Shown piece by piece: positions 17,486 through 26,051 of a DNA stretch of 46,028 nucleotides. Source of the stretch: a virus (taxonomy: Duplodnaviria > Caudoviricetes); IMG/VR virus record IMGVR_UViG_3300020045_002559, positions 1 to 46,028 of that record, one strand, 5' to 3'. The first letter of the stretch is position 1. Each line of letters opens with the position of its first letter. The notes under the pieces are model-generated. The model ran no database searches and was not told the DNA's origin. It saw nothing but the letters and a program-made list of their open reading frames with translations. The translations under genes and the position numbers were made by a program.

Positions 17486-17674
17486 ATGCAACAACTTAAA
17501 CAACAGATACTAGCACGTATAGCCGAGCTTGACAAACTTGAAAGACAGGCCATACAGGACTGCAAGGCTTCTGAAGTGTTGGAGTACCTTAATATGAAAC
17601 TAGGCCTGTACGAGGCCTTAAATATGCTGAACGGCATAGTCGCTGGCAGGATTGTAGAGGAGGGCGGGGAATGA
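17486..17674 (+). CDS. Hypothetical coiled-coil protein
   Basis: Tightly packed ORF. Confidence 0.6.
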   Translation: MQQLKQQILARIAELDKLERQAIQDCKASEVLEYLNMKLGLYEALNMLNGIVAGRIVEEGGE

Positions 17675-17859
17675 TTATTAAGACGGCTAACAAAGAAGGA
17701 ATACCAACTGGAGGTATTGATCTTGATGATTGGTTAGATAGTGATGGGGAAATGCAAATCGAGGTAGAAAATAGATATGGCGAAACGGTATACAAGTTCA
17801 TCAACAAACAACAGGCAATACAGATAATTGAACATTTACAAGAACAATTTAAAATATGA
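17671..17859 (+). CDS. Hypothetical protein
   Basis: ATGA overlaps at both ends. Confidence 0.6.
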   Translation: MIIKTANKEGIPTGGIDLDDWLDSDGEMQIEVENRYGETVYKFINKQQAIQIIEHLQEQFKI

Positions 17860-18449
17860 AAAAGCACGAACTATTAAAATACGCATACGATAACTATCCT
17901 AAGGGGACTAAGTTTAAACAAATGGCTAGTGCCAAAACCATTGAAAGTACAGGAGAATTTAACTTATTGATAAACACCACATACTTTTACATTTGTGATG
18001 CAAATAATAGCAATTTTGTTTATTCGTCTTCTGATAACGGAAAATGGGCAGAAATAGTAACAGATAAAAAACCATTGTTCATAGCTGAAGACGATACTGA
18101 AATGTTTGAAAATAGCGAATGCCATTGGGTTTTTGAACATAACGGTAAATGGAACTATAACAATAGAATTGACTTCTGCAAGAACCACGTTGATATTGTT
18201 ACAAATCAGCATCACATTCATAGGGTTTTCGGTACAGAAGAAAATGCACATCATTGGATTGAGAAAATGAACAAGCCTAAGGAGATTGAAGTAAAGTTAT
18301 TTGGTTATGAAACTGTAATCGCATTAGTAGGTAAAGAACAGGTTAGTTTCATTAGGTCAAACACAAAGCAGCATTATGGAATTATACAGTTAAAACCATC
18401 CGACATTGAAAATATTTCTCACGCACTTAAAACCCTAAACAATGAATAA
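17856..18449 (+). CDS. Hypothetical protein
   Basis: 197-aa ORF with ATGA overlap. Confidence 0.65.
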   Translation: MKKHELLKYAYDNYPKGTKFKQMASAKTIESTGEFNLLINTTYFYICDANNSNFVYSSSDNGKWAEIVTDKKPLFIAEDDTEMFENSECHWVFEHNGKWNYNNRIDFCKNHVDIVTNQHHIHRVFGTEENAHHWIEKMNKPKEIEVKLFGYETVIALVGKEQVSFIRSNTKQHYGIIQLKPSDIENISHALKTLNNE

Positions 18450-18621
18450 CCCAACAAAGCAACAAATACTGTCAGGGAACAGGTTTCGCCCAGCAGAGTA
18501 CAGTCCTAAGCCTGTTATCGTGACAAAAGGCAGAACTGTAAAGGACAACACTTTTTTAACAGCCTGTGTGCTTCTTGGTATATTGTTGGTGTTTACGGTC
18601 TATAAAATCGCAACGGTATGA
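18442..18621 (+). CDS. 59-aa protein with a C-terminal TM helix
   Basis: MNNPTKQQ...FLTACVLLGILLVFTVYKIATV; overlaps both neighbours. Confidence 0.55.
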   Translation: MNNPTKQQILSGNRFRPAEYSPKPVIVTKGRTVKDNTFLTACVLLGILLVFTVYKIATV

Positions 18622-19130
18622 AACTAGAACTTAAACATTTAGCTCCGTATTTGCCTTATCAATTAGCTTGTAAAATATTAAATCATAAATGTGATTACGT
18701 AGGTATTGAATACTCTGAAATTAATGGTTTTTACTTTGTTGGAGATAGTTTACATATAACTTATAAAGGCGGTTCAACTGGTAAAGACATAAGCTTATTT
18801 AAACCAATTCTAAGGCGTTTATCTGATTTAAACCAATCAGAGCTTCAACAAATTGTAGGTTATATTTTTAGGCGAACCCAAATGATTAGACCAAAAATGG
18901 AAAGTGTAAAATACGACAAAGGCTTTATTACTTTTTATGATTTAGACACTATGAGAAATTATGTAGCCGTTAAGCCTAGCACCGACAGCGATACTATTGT
19001 TTTAAATATGAGCAACAGCTGGGAGGATTATCAGATATTTTTTAAACTTCACGTTGATATGTTTAACCTTATAGAAAAAGGCTTGGCAATCGACATTAAC
19101 GCACTACACAATGCAAAACAGGGAAGCTAA
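18618..19130 (+). CDS. Conserved Bacteroidota phage hypothetical protein
   Basis: LKHLAPYLPY...KPILRRLSDL...HVDMFNLIEKGLAIDIN. Confidence 0.7.
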   Translation: MKLELKHLAPYLPYQLACKILNHKCDYVGIEYSEINGFYFVGDSLHITYKGGSTGKDISLFKPILRRLSDLNQSELQQIVGYIFRRTQMIRPKMESVKYDKGFITFYDLDTMRNYVAVKPSTDSDTIVLNMSNSWEDYQIFFKLHVDMFNLIEKGLAIDINALHNAKQGS

Positions 19131-19236
19131 CGATAACGATACCACCGCATATTTTACCAAAAAGATAAGCTTTGAACGTAAGGTGCTTATATGCTTCATC
19201 GTTTTAATAGTGTTGGGTTGTTGCTTGTTTACGTAA
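19111..19236 (+). CDS. 41-aa TM peptide (MQNREANDNDTTAYFTKKISFERKVLICFIVLIVLGCCLFT)
   Basis: Overlaps the upstream gene; C-terminal TM segment. Confidence 0.5.
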   Translation: MQNREANDNDTTAYFTKKISFERKVLICFIVLIVLGCCLFT

Positions 19237-19237
19237 C

Positions 19238-19283
19238 CTATCCAAGTTGTTACAAAATCGCACAGCTATTATTCCTATATTGC
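19238..19283 (+). promoter_or_regulatory. Operator-promoter unit 4 (CTATC-N6-GTTAC-N22-TATATTGC)
   Basis: Motif and spacing, upstream of the recombination operon. Confidence 0.7.
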
Positions 19284-19292
19284 GGTGTAATA

Positions 19293-19388
19293 AATCGGGA
19301 ACGCAAGACCGATTAACGAAATTAGAACTGGTCAGTTATCCTAATCCCGACTTGCGTAGGGAAATAAAGAGCTGACCTTTATTTATTT
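19293..19388 (+). ncRNA. Structured 5' leader with loop-loop complementarity (recombination operon)
   Basis: Hairpin AATCGG/CCGATT with ACGCAAG in the loop; second stem GGTCAGTT/AGCTGACC carrying CTTGCGT, followed by a T-rich run. Confidence 0.65.
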
Positions 19389-19392
19389 AAAA

Positions 19393-20100
19393 ATGAAAAC
19401 AGAATTAACAACAGTACAATCGGTAACAGACAAGGAATTGTTATCTCACTTAGATGCTTTGGGTATCACAAGTAAATTATCAGAAGGCGAAAAGAATACT
19501 TATTTAAGTATTGCAAAAGCCTTTAACCTTAACCCATTCAAAAGGGAAATTCATATTTCTAAGTATGGGGAAAATCTTTCTATAATTACTGGTTATGAGG
19601 TTTACATTAAAAGAGCCGAGCGTACAGGTCAATTAGACGGATGGAACGCAACAACTAGCGGAAGCGTTGCAACAGGCGATTTAAAAGCCACAGTTACGAT
19701 TTATAGAAAGGATAGAGCGCATCCTTTCATTTGGGAAGCCATATACGATGAGTGTGTGCAAAAAACACGTGAAGGCAAGGTTACCAAGTTCTGGGAAAAA
19801 TCAGCTTTTATGACTAAAAAGGTCGCTATTTCACAAGCTTTTAGATTATGTTTTTCTGATGAATTAGCTGGTATGCCATATACTTCTGATGAAATGCCAG
19901 AGCAAACGCAATCAGTAGAAGATATTAGCCATACTGAAATAAAGGTTTTAAAGCCAATTACCGAAAAACAATTTACCCAATTAACGGCTAAGATTGAACT
20001 TGGTGATTTTGAGGCCAGAACAAAGGCAGAAGAACTGTTTAGCTTCACTCAAGAGCAAATTGACACATTGGATAGCTTAATGCCAAATCAAGGTGATTAA
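19393..20100 (+). CDS. bet: ssDNA-annealing recombinase, Bet/RecT family
   Basis: LNPFKREIH, ITGYEVYIKRAERTGQLDG, MTKKVAISQAFRLCF and YTSDEM motifs. Confidence 0.85.
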   Translation: MKTELTTVQSVTDKELLSHLDALGITSKLSEGEKNTYLSIAKAFNLNPFKREIHISKYGENLSIITGYEVYIKRAERTGQLDGWNATTSGSVATGDLKATVTIYRKDRAHPFIWEAIYDECVQKTREGKVTKFWEKSAFMTKKVAISQAFRLCFSDELAGMPYTSDEMPEQTQSVEDISHTEIKVLKPITEKQFTQLTAKIELGDFEARTKAEELFSFTQEQIDTLDSLMPNQGD

Positions 20101-20272
20101 ATCGGAACTGATAACTTCAGTAGATAAACTTATTGAGTTATCGAATAATAGAAAAGCAGTCGTTTTTAACGGTACGCCACCAAAGGCAGCTGCTTTCTTT
20201 ATCGGAATCCCATTAAGAACAATTGTCCAATACATAAACAATAAAATGTTGTACACTTATGAAAAATGTTAA
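20093..20272 (+). CDS. 59-aa hypothetical protein (GTG start)
   Basis: Fills the gap, overlapping both neighbours. Confidence 0.5.
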   Translation: MIKSELITSVDKLIELSNNRKAVVFNGTPPKAAAFFIGIPLRTIVQYINNKMLYTYEKC

Positions 20273-20762
20273 CTTATTTTTAGAACCTTTGGCAGAGCAG
20301 GAAGCTTTGCCAATTTCTAACCGTTCGCTTTTAAACCTACACAAAGGCGAAATATTGGAACTTGCAACCGAAATACTCCAACAGGTAAATGATGGAATTT
20401 TGGACGATGTAGATGTTAAGGTTTTTGCTAAAAAAGGTGAAACTTTCTTTAAGGCATTGAATGAGGGATTAAAGGGAAAGGTAGAGCTTCCGCAGGAAAA
20501 AGACTATAAAAAACACGGATGCACAATGAGGATGCAGGAAACAGGTGTAATTTACGACTACTCTGTTTGCGGACACCCCATAATTGACGAGGTAAACCAA
20601 TTCCTTACCGAAAAGAAACCATTGATTGAAAAGATACAAAAGGAACTAAAGAATATTAAAACTTCAACAGAGATTACCGATGAAGATACTGGCGAAACAT
20701 TTACCGTTAAGCCGCCCTTTAAAAGCTCTGGTCGATCTGTAATAATAACCTTTGATAAGTAA
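20259..20762 (+). CDS. Conserved phage protein of the recombination module
   Basis: YDYSVC...DEDTGE...VKPP.KSS; lies between the recombinase and the exonuclease. Confidence 0.6.
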   Translation: MKNVNLFLEPLAEQEALPISNRSLLNLHKGEILELATEILQQVNDGILDDVDVKVFAKKGETFFKALNEGLKGKVELPQEKDYKKHGCTMRMQETGVIYDYSVCGHPIIDEVNQFLTEKKPLIEKIQKELKNIKTSTEITDEDTGETFTVKPPFKSSGRSVIITFDK

Positions 20763-20765
20763 GCT

Positions 20766-21413
20766 ATGGAATATAAATATGCGTTCTATCCTACGCTATT
20801 AGATAGCTATTTTAGGTACAAGAAAAGCGAAGATGAACTTTCATTCATTCAGTTATTCGATAAGATAAACAAGGTTGAGCAAGAGCCAGACGAGGCAAGG
20901 TTAAAAGGAATGGCTTTTGAGGGGTTGATAAATAAAATTATATCTTTTAAGAATACCGATCAGAATGAACTCGTTGAGCCAAATGGGTATATTTATGAAA
21001 TTGATGGATTTGAGTTTGATGCAACGTTATCAAATAGGATTGCTGATAAATTACTTAGAAGTACATCAATACAAAGTTATCAAGAAAAGATAATAAGTAC
21101 GCCAAGAGGTAACGTAAAATTATATGGTGTATTTGATTATAAATTCCCAGAAATGACAGCAGATTTAAAGACAACCAAATCTTATTCATTTGGCAAGTAC
21201 GAGGATAATATGCAGCATAAGTTCATTTCCTTGATTACAACAGATAAGCAGTTTAATTACCTGGCAACTGATTTCGAATACCTGTTCATTGAGAACTATT
21301 GGTTAACCGATAAGGTAAGAAAGCAGGGTATAATTGATATCGTTGAGTTTATAGACTTCATAGAACATTTCAAGAAGTTCATTACAAACGACAAGATATT
21401 CGGGCTATGCTAA
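20766..21413 (+). CDS. PD-(D/E)xK exonuclease, likely partner of Bet
   Basis: G.AF, LYGVFD, DLKTT and Q(H) motifs. Confidence 0.75.
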   Translation: MEYKYAFYPTLLDSYFRYKKSEDELSFIQLFDKINKVEQEPDEARLKGMAFEGLINKIISFKNTDQNELVEPNGYIYEIDGFEFDATLSNRIADKLLRSTSIQSYQEKIISTPRGNVKLYGVFDYKFPEMTADLKTTKSYSFGKYEDNMQHKFISLITTDKQFNYLATDFEYLFIENYWLTDKVRKQGIIDIVEFIDFIEHFKKFITNDKIFGLC

Positions 21414-21577
21414 CACCCCTCGGCACGTTACAACCGCTATCGACATACGCAAACGGCAAGTACCTCGTCCTGTCAAACGATGGCTACACAATTAAGATAT
21501 TACGCCTGTCAGATAAGTGGAGGATTGAGTTCCACGTATCGCAGGTTAACTGGAAATTTAAGGTAAGGAAGGATTGA
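21407..21577 (+). CDS. 56-aa hypothetical protein
   Basis: MLTPLGTLQPLSTYANGKYLVL...; fills the gap. Confidence 0.5.
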   Translation: MLTPLGTLQPLSTYANGKYLVLSNDGYTIKILRLSDKWRIEFHVSQVNWKFKVRKD

Positions 21578-21579
21578 AT

Positions 21580-21726
21580 ATGGAGTATGCAATTGAAACA
21601 CTGGAGATTGAGCTTGAACATTGTAAGTCAGCTTATAAGGAAGAAACAAATAAGGTTTTTAAAACAGAGTATGCCAAATATGTTCTTGATATTAAAAAAG
21701 CGTTAAAAAAATTGAAAGATGATTGA
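21580..21726 (+). CDS. 48-aa hypothetical protein
   Basis: MEYAIETLEIELEHCK...; tightly packed. Confidence 0.55.
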   Translation: MEYAIETLEIELEHCKSAYKEETNKVFKTEYAKYVLDIKKALKKLKDD

Positions 21727-21823
21727 AAAAAATATTTTATTATTACCAACAATTGCATTTTGGTTATGCACGTTATTTATTTGTCTATTAATAGGATACA
21801 CATTAGGTAAAAACAAAAAATGA
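21719..21823 (+). CDS. 34-aa TM peptide (MIEKNILLLPTIAFWLCTLFICLLIGYTLGKNKK)
   Basis: ATGA overlap with the methyltransferase gene. Confidence 0.5.
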   Translation: MIEKNILLLPTIAFWLCTLFICLLIGYTLGKNKK

Positions 21824-22695
21824 TAAATTTACACCATTGCGATAATTTACAATTAATGCCTCTTTTACATAAAGAAATTATAGATGTGATTTGTATTGAC
21901 CCTCCATATCTATATTTAAAAGGTCAGAAGTTAGAAAGACCATTTGACGAGAATTTGTTTTTTTCTGAATGTAAAAGATTGTTAACAAAAGATGGTTTCA
22001 TTGTAATGTTTGGTAGGGGAACGTCTTTCTATAGATGGAATACTTTACTTGACGGAATAGGGTTTGTTTTCAAAGAAGAAATTGTTTGGGATAAAAGTTA
22101 TTCATCAAGCCCGTTACTTACGTTAAGCCGAGTGCATGAAACAATTTCTATATTTTCAAAGGGGGAAGGTTCAATTAATAGGGTTAAAGTTCCATATTTA
22201 GAAATGAAGTCAGAAAATGTCTCCGATATTATACAGGATATTAAAAGGTTAAAATCTGTTTTTTCAAATACAAAATCACTTGACGCTGTTTTGAAATATC
22301 TTCAAGACGGAGAAATAACTTACGATGGAGATTATGTTAATTCAACTACTATTACAGGAGGTAAAAGGCGTATTGATAGGTGTTTAGCCGTAGTATCTCA
22401 AATAGAGAAAGGTTTAAACGAAAAATCAATAATTAAAGAAGTAAGAGACCATTACACCGCAATACATCCAACACAAAAACCTGTAAGATTAATTGAGCGA
22501 CTTTTATCTTTAGTTATTCCAGAAAAACCACGTAATGAAATAACAATAGCAGACTTTTTTGGTGGGTCTATGTCAACAATGGAAGCTGTATATAATATGG
22601 GAATGAATGGAATAGCTACAGAAATTGATGAAGAATATTTTTTATTAGGTCAGAAACGCCTACAACAACACCAATCACAGACTAAATTATTTTAA
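21820..22695 (+). CDS. Orphan N6-A/N4-C DNA methyltransferase, beta class
   Basis: DPPY comes before HPTQKP and DFFGGS; no cognate restriction enzyme recognised. Confidence 0.9.
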   Translation: MINLHHCDNLQLMPLLHKEIIDVICIDPPYLYLKGQKLERPFDENLFFSECKRLLTKDGFIVMFGRGTSFYRWNTLLDGIGFVFKEEIVWDKSYSSSPLLTLSRVHETISIFSKGEGSINRVKVPYLEMKSENVSDIIQDIKRLKSVFSNTKSLDAVLKYLQDGEITYDGDYVNSTTITGGKRRIDRCLAVVSQIEKGLNEKSIIKEVRDHYTAIHPTQKPVRLIERLLSLVIPEKPRNEITIADFFGGSMSTMEAVYNMGMNGIATEIDEEYFLLGQKRLQQHQSQTKLF

Positions 22696-22785
22696 AGCAG
22701 ACCGTGTACTGCTTGGTGCTACACGATTTATAATGTTCCTTAATCCGACTGGCTAATGCTGGTCGGGTTTAAACTAGATGATACT

Positions 22786-23148
22786 ATGGCAAACCAATAT
22801 ACAACAAGCGAAGAGTACAATCTTACAAATGTATTCATCAAAGACAACTTCCTTAAAATGAATGATGCACAGATTGCCGAAGTATTGGGAATGGCAAAGC
22901 GTTCTGTATGGGCAAGGCGTAAAAGATTAGGGTTGAAGCGTAAACGCCTAAGTTCTGATTTAACCAAAAATCAAACTGCCAAGATAATGGAACTGTTCAC
23001 GATGGGTAATACATTGGTTGATATTGCCTTGTCAATCAATAAAAGCATAGCGGTTGTTTCAAGGACATTAGAGGCTAATTACTTCTTTAAACAGCGTTCG
23101 TATGATACGGTAACAATGGTAATGGATAGCAAGATTAATTATGATTAG
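22786..23148 (+). CDS. HTH DNA-binding protein with two HTH-like units
   Basis: NDAQIAEVLGMAKRSVWARRKRLGL and TLVDIALSINKSIAVVSR. Confidence 0.7.
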   Translation: MANQYTTSEEYNLTNVFIKDNFLKMNDAQIAEVLGMAKRSVWARRKRLGLKRKRLSSDLTKNQTAKIMELFTMGNTLVDIALSINKSIAVVSRTLEANYFFKQRSYDTVTMVMDSKINYD

Positions 23149-23176
23149 TTTGGTTGTAATTACGTATTTTGTTTAG

Positions 23177-23285
23177 TATATTAGCGTTACGAAAAATATT
23201 TAAAACGATTAGAGTAGTAGTGACCTTTAATCGTTTGGGTTCACACCTTACCAAGCCCGAGTTATCACTACTAGCCGGGCTTTTA
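23177..23285 (+). ncRNA. Promoter plus kissing-loop, attenuator-like leader (replication operon)
   Basis: TATATTAG box; loop TAGTAGTGA(23215-23223) is complementary to TCACTACTA(23265-23273) in the loop of the terminator-like stem AAGCCCG/CGGGCTTTTT. Confidence 0.7.
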
Positions 23286-23294
23286 TAATTTCTT

Positions 23295-23576
23295 ATGAAT
23301 GACATTTCTTGTCAAAAATGTGGGTTGGTTAATGATTACGAAATCAGATCCGGACTACATCAAACAGCTTATTGCAACGGTTGCGGTAGCTACATCAAAC
23401 ACTTACCTAAAGAAGATAAACAATTAGTTATTTATTTCGGTAAATTCAAGGGTACAGCTTTAAAAGATTTTTTATCTAAAGACCATGTAAGTTGGTTAAA
23501 TTGGGCTTTAAACAATACGTCTAACTTTAAGCCACACGAAATTGAAAAGATACAAAAACACTTAAGCGGTATTTAA
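23295..23576 (+). CDS. Zn-finger protein with an FGK.KG (DUF3820/ExoX C-terminal-like) domain
   Basis: CQKC..CNGC and YFGKFKGTAL...WLNW. Confidence 0.7.
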   Translation: MNDISCQKCGLVNDYEIRSGLHQTAYCNGCGSYIKHLPKEDKQLVIYFGKFKGTALKDFLSKDHVSWLNWALNNTSNFKPHEIEKIQKHLSGI

Positions 23577-23577
23577 T

Positions 23578-25797
23578 ATGAGTAAAATTTCTTTGTTCCC
23601 AGAAGGGAAGTTAAACAAGGAGGGTAAAATGGCGCCGGCAACAGTTCCTTTTACAGCACTTGAATTTGATGATTATCTACAACAGGTTAAGGATGGAGAA
23701 TTTCAAGACGAGGTTTTACAATTTAGGGCATCAAAGATTGAAAAGACAAAACTTAGAGGTGTTACCGCTTCCGGTACTTTTACTTATAGGAATGCAAATA
23801 ACCTAAATCAGCATTCTGGGTTTATTGCTATTGATATTGATGCAAAGGATAATCCAGATAAGGATTTAAATTCAGTAAAGGAAAAGTTTAAGTCAGACCC
23901 TTACATTTATAGTTTCCATCATTCAGCAGGAGGTTACGGAATTTGCTCTTATGTAAAGATTGCAGCAGAAAAACATTTAGATAGCTTCTTAAGCCTTGAA
24001 AAATACTTTGCAGATAATTATGAATTGATTATTGACCAGAGCTGTAAAGATGTTGCTCGTTTTCGTTTCGTTTCTTATGACCCAGATTTATTCATTAATA
24101 AAAAGTCAAAGACCTGGAAAAACTATTTAAAAAAGGTTAATGTTCAACCGGCACGGACTTATGTTCATTCTGGATTGGATATTGATTTTATTTTTCAGCA
24201 GATTAGCGATACCGGTATAGACTTAACAGATAGTTATTCAGACTGGTTAAAGGTAGGGTTTGCATTTGCCTCAAAGTATGGCGAAACTGGCAGACAGTAT
24301 TTTCACCACGTTTCTGTAAATTCTCATAAATATGATACAAAAGTATGTGATAAGCTTTACGACATAATCTTAAGGCGTAAAAATACTGGTATAACCATTA
24401 ATACTTTCTTTTGGCTTTGCGCTCAAAAGGGATTGGAGATAAAAACTCCAAGAACTGAACAAATTGAACGTATCGGAAAGATGCGAAGAAAAGCCGACAC
24501 AACCGGCACACCTCAACAAGCAATTGAAAGCGCAAAGAAATACCTTAAGGAAATGGAAAATATTTCCGGAACAGATGTAGATGAGGTATTGAACATAGTT
24601 AAGGATTTACCATTAAAGGAAATAAACGAAAAATCAGACGATTTAATTGCAGACCTAAAAATATTCCTTGATAGCCATAATATTTTATTTAATGAGATTA
24701 CCCGTAATTACGAAATCAATTCAGAACCTTTAACTGACAGGTTGCTAAACACTCTTTATATAAAATCTCTTGAGCAGGTTGATAATAAACTGCAAAAGGA
24801 TAAGGTTTTCACTCTTATTGATAGTGATTATACTAAGGCTTACCATCCTTTTATTCAGTTCTTTGAAAAATACAAGCATTTAAAACCTACTGGTAACTTT
24901 GAAAAACTATGTGCATGTATTCAATATCGACAGGTATATGTAGATGAAAACGATAAAGAATTTCATTATAATAATTATCTTGAAACTTTTCTTAAGAAAT
25001 GGTTGCTAGGAATAATTAGCTCGATGCATGGCACTTATAGCTTACTTGTTCTAGTAATGACTGGAGGGCAGGGAACAGGAAAGACAAAATTCTTTAGGGG
25101 TTTACTACCGGATGATTTGCAACCTTATTATGCAGAAAGTAAGCTTGACGAGGGTAAGGATAGTGAAATCCTTATGACGAAAAAGCTAATCGTAATGGAT
25201 GATGAATTTGGGGGTAAGTCAAAGCAAGATGCAAAGCGATTAAAGGAACTTTCATCTAAGCAATGGTTTAGTGTTAGAAAACCATTTGGGCGTGTTTCAG
25301 AGGATTTAAGACGTTTAGCCGTTCTTTGCGGAACATCTAACGAGGGAGAGATTATAAACGACCCTACTGGAAACAGGCGTATAATTCCGGTCAACTTAAT
25401 TGATATTGACATTGAGGCTTTTGAGGATATAAATAAGGTTGATTTATTTATTGAGCTTTATCACGAATGGCGAGAAAACGGGGATAAATGGATGCTGACA
25501 AAGGATGATATAGCTAACTTAAACCGTTCCACTTCTGCGAATGAACAGCCTGTACAAGAATACGAAATTGTATCTAATTTTTTCCGTAAATCTGATAGTG
25601 AGGGAGGTAATTCAGTTTACCTTACTAACACCGATATTAAAAACGTAATTGAGGAAAAAACACAGATAAAGATTAATTCTTATAAACTTGGACTTGCACT
25701 AAAACAGTTAGGATTTGAGAAAAAGTCTAAAAAGGTCGCAGGGGTGGCAAAAATAGTCTATTTGTGCGAGATGCTTAACGGTTTAAAAATCAGTTAG
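23578..25797 (+). CDS. Primase-helicase (BT4734/VirE-N, PriCT-2 and VapE domains)
   Basis: SGTF..R, HSGFIAIDID, D..CKDVARFRFVSYD; YSDWLKVGFAFA; Walker A GGQGTGKT; MDDEF; DPTGNRR. Confidence 0.9.
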   Translation: MSKISLFPEGKLNKEGKMAPATVPFTALEFDDYLQQVKDGEFQDEVLQFRASKIEKTKLRGVTASGTFTYRNANNLNQHSGFIAIDIDAKDNPDKDLNSVKEKFKSDPYIYSFHHSAGGYGICSYVKIAAEKHLDSFLSLEKYFADNYELIIDQSCKDVARFRFVSYDPDLFINKKSKTWKNYLKKVNVQPARTYVHSGLDIDFIFQQISDTGIDLTDSYSDWLKVGFAFASKYGETGRQYFHHVSVNSHKYDTKVCDKLYDIILRRKNTGITINTFFWLCAQKGLEIKTPRTEQIERIGKMRRKADTTGTPQQAIESAKKYLKEMENISGTDVDEVLNIVKDLPLKEINEKSDDLIADLKIFLDSHNILFNEITRNYEINSEPLTDRLLNTLYIKSLEQVDNKLQKDKVFTLIDSDYTKAYHPFIQFFEKYKHLKPTGNFEKLCACIQYRQVYVDENDKEFHYNNYLETFLKKWLLGIISSMHGTYSLLVLVMTGGQGTGKTKFFRGLLPDDLQPYYAESKLDEGKDSEILMTKKLIVMDDEFGGKSKQDAKRLKELSSKQWFSVRKPFGRVSEDLRRLAVLCGTSNEGEIINDPTGNRRIIPVNLIDIDIEAFEDINKVDLFIELYHEWRENGDKWMLTKDDIANLNRSTSANEQPVQEYEIVSNFFRKSDSEGGNSVYLTNTDIKNVIEEKTQIKINSYKLGLALKQLGFEKKSKKVAGVAKIVYLCEMLNGLKIS

Positions 25798-26040
25798 TTA
25801 TGGCAAAAGGTCGCATAGGTCGTAGGGTCGCACCCCTTATTGACAAGAAACGTATAAATAAAAAATCTGTGTTCATTTACACCGTGTATTTTATATCTCA
25901 TATATATAAATTATCTTTTACCTATACTACCTATACGACCATTGCTGTTTTTGTGCCTTTACAGTATTTTTAAAGCGCTTTTTACGGTCGCACCCCCTTT
26001 GATTAGCCTATTCGACCGGTATACCACCTATATCACCTTA
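25734..26040. repeat. Candidate replication origin with GGTCG(C/T/A)A iterons
   Basis: Direct copies at 25734, 25809, 25818, 25826 and 25986; inverted copies at 25934 and 26011; AT-rich core at about 25850-25920. Confidence 0.6.
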
Positions 26041-26051
26041 ATTTAAACGAA

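Noticed and set aside
22684-22725. Programmed -1 frameshift or readthrough at the methyltransferase stop
   Set aside because: TTTAAAG is out of frame, there is no spacer before the pseudoknot, and the protein ends with a normal-looking C-terminus.
23139-23184. Eighth copy of the GTAAC-N6-GTTAC operator at the replication promoter
   Set aside because: The positions 22 nt upstream of the TATATTAG box read TTATG/TTGGT and do not match.
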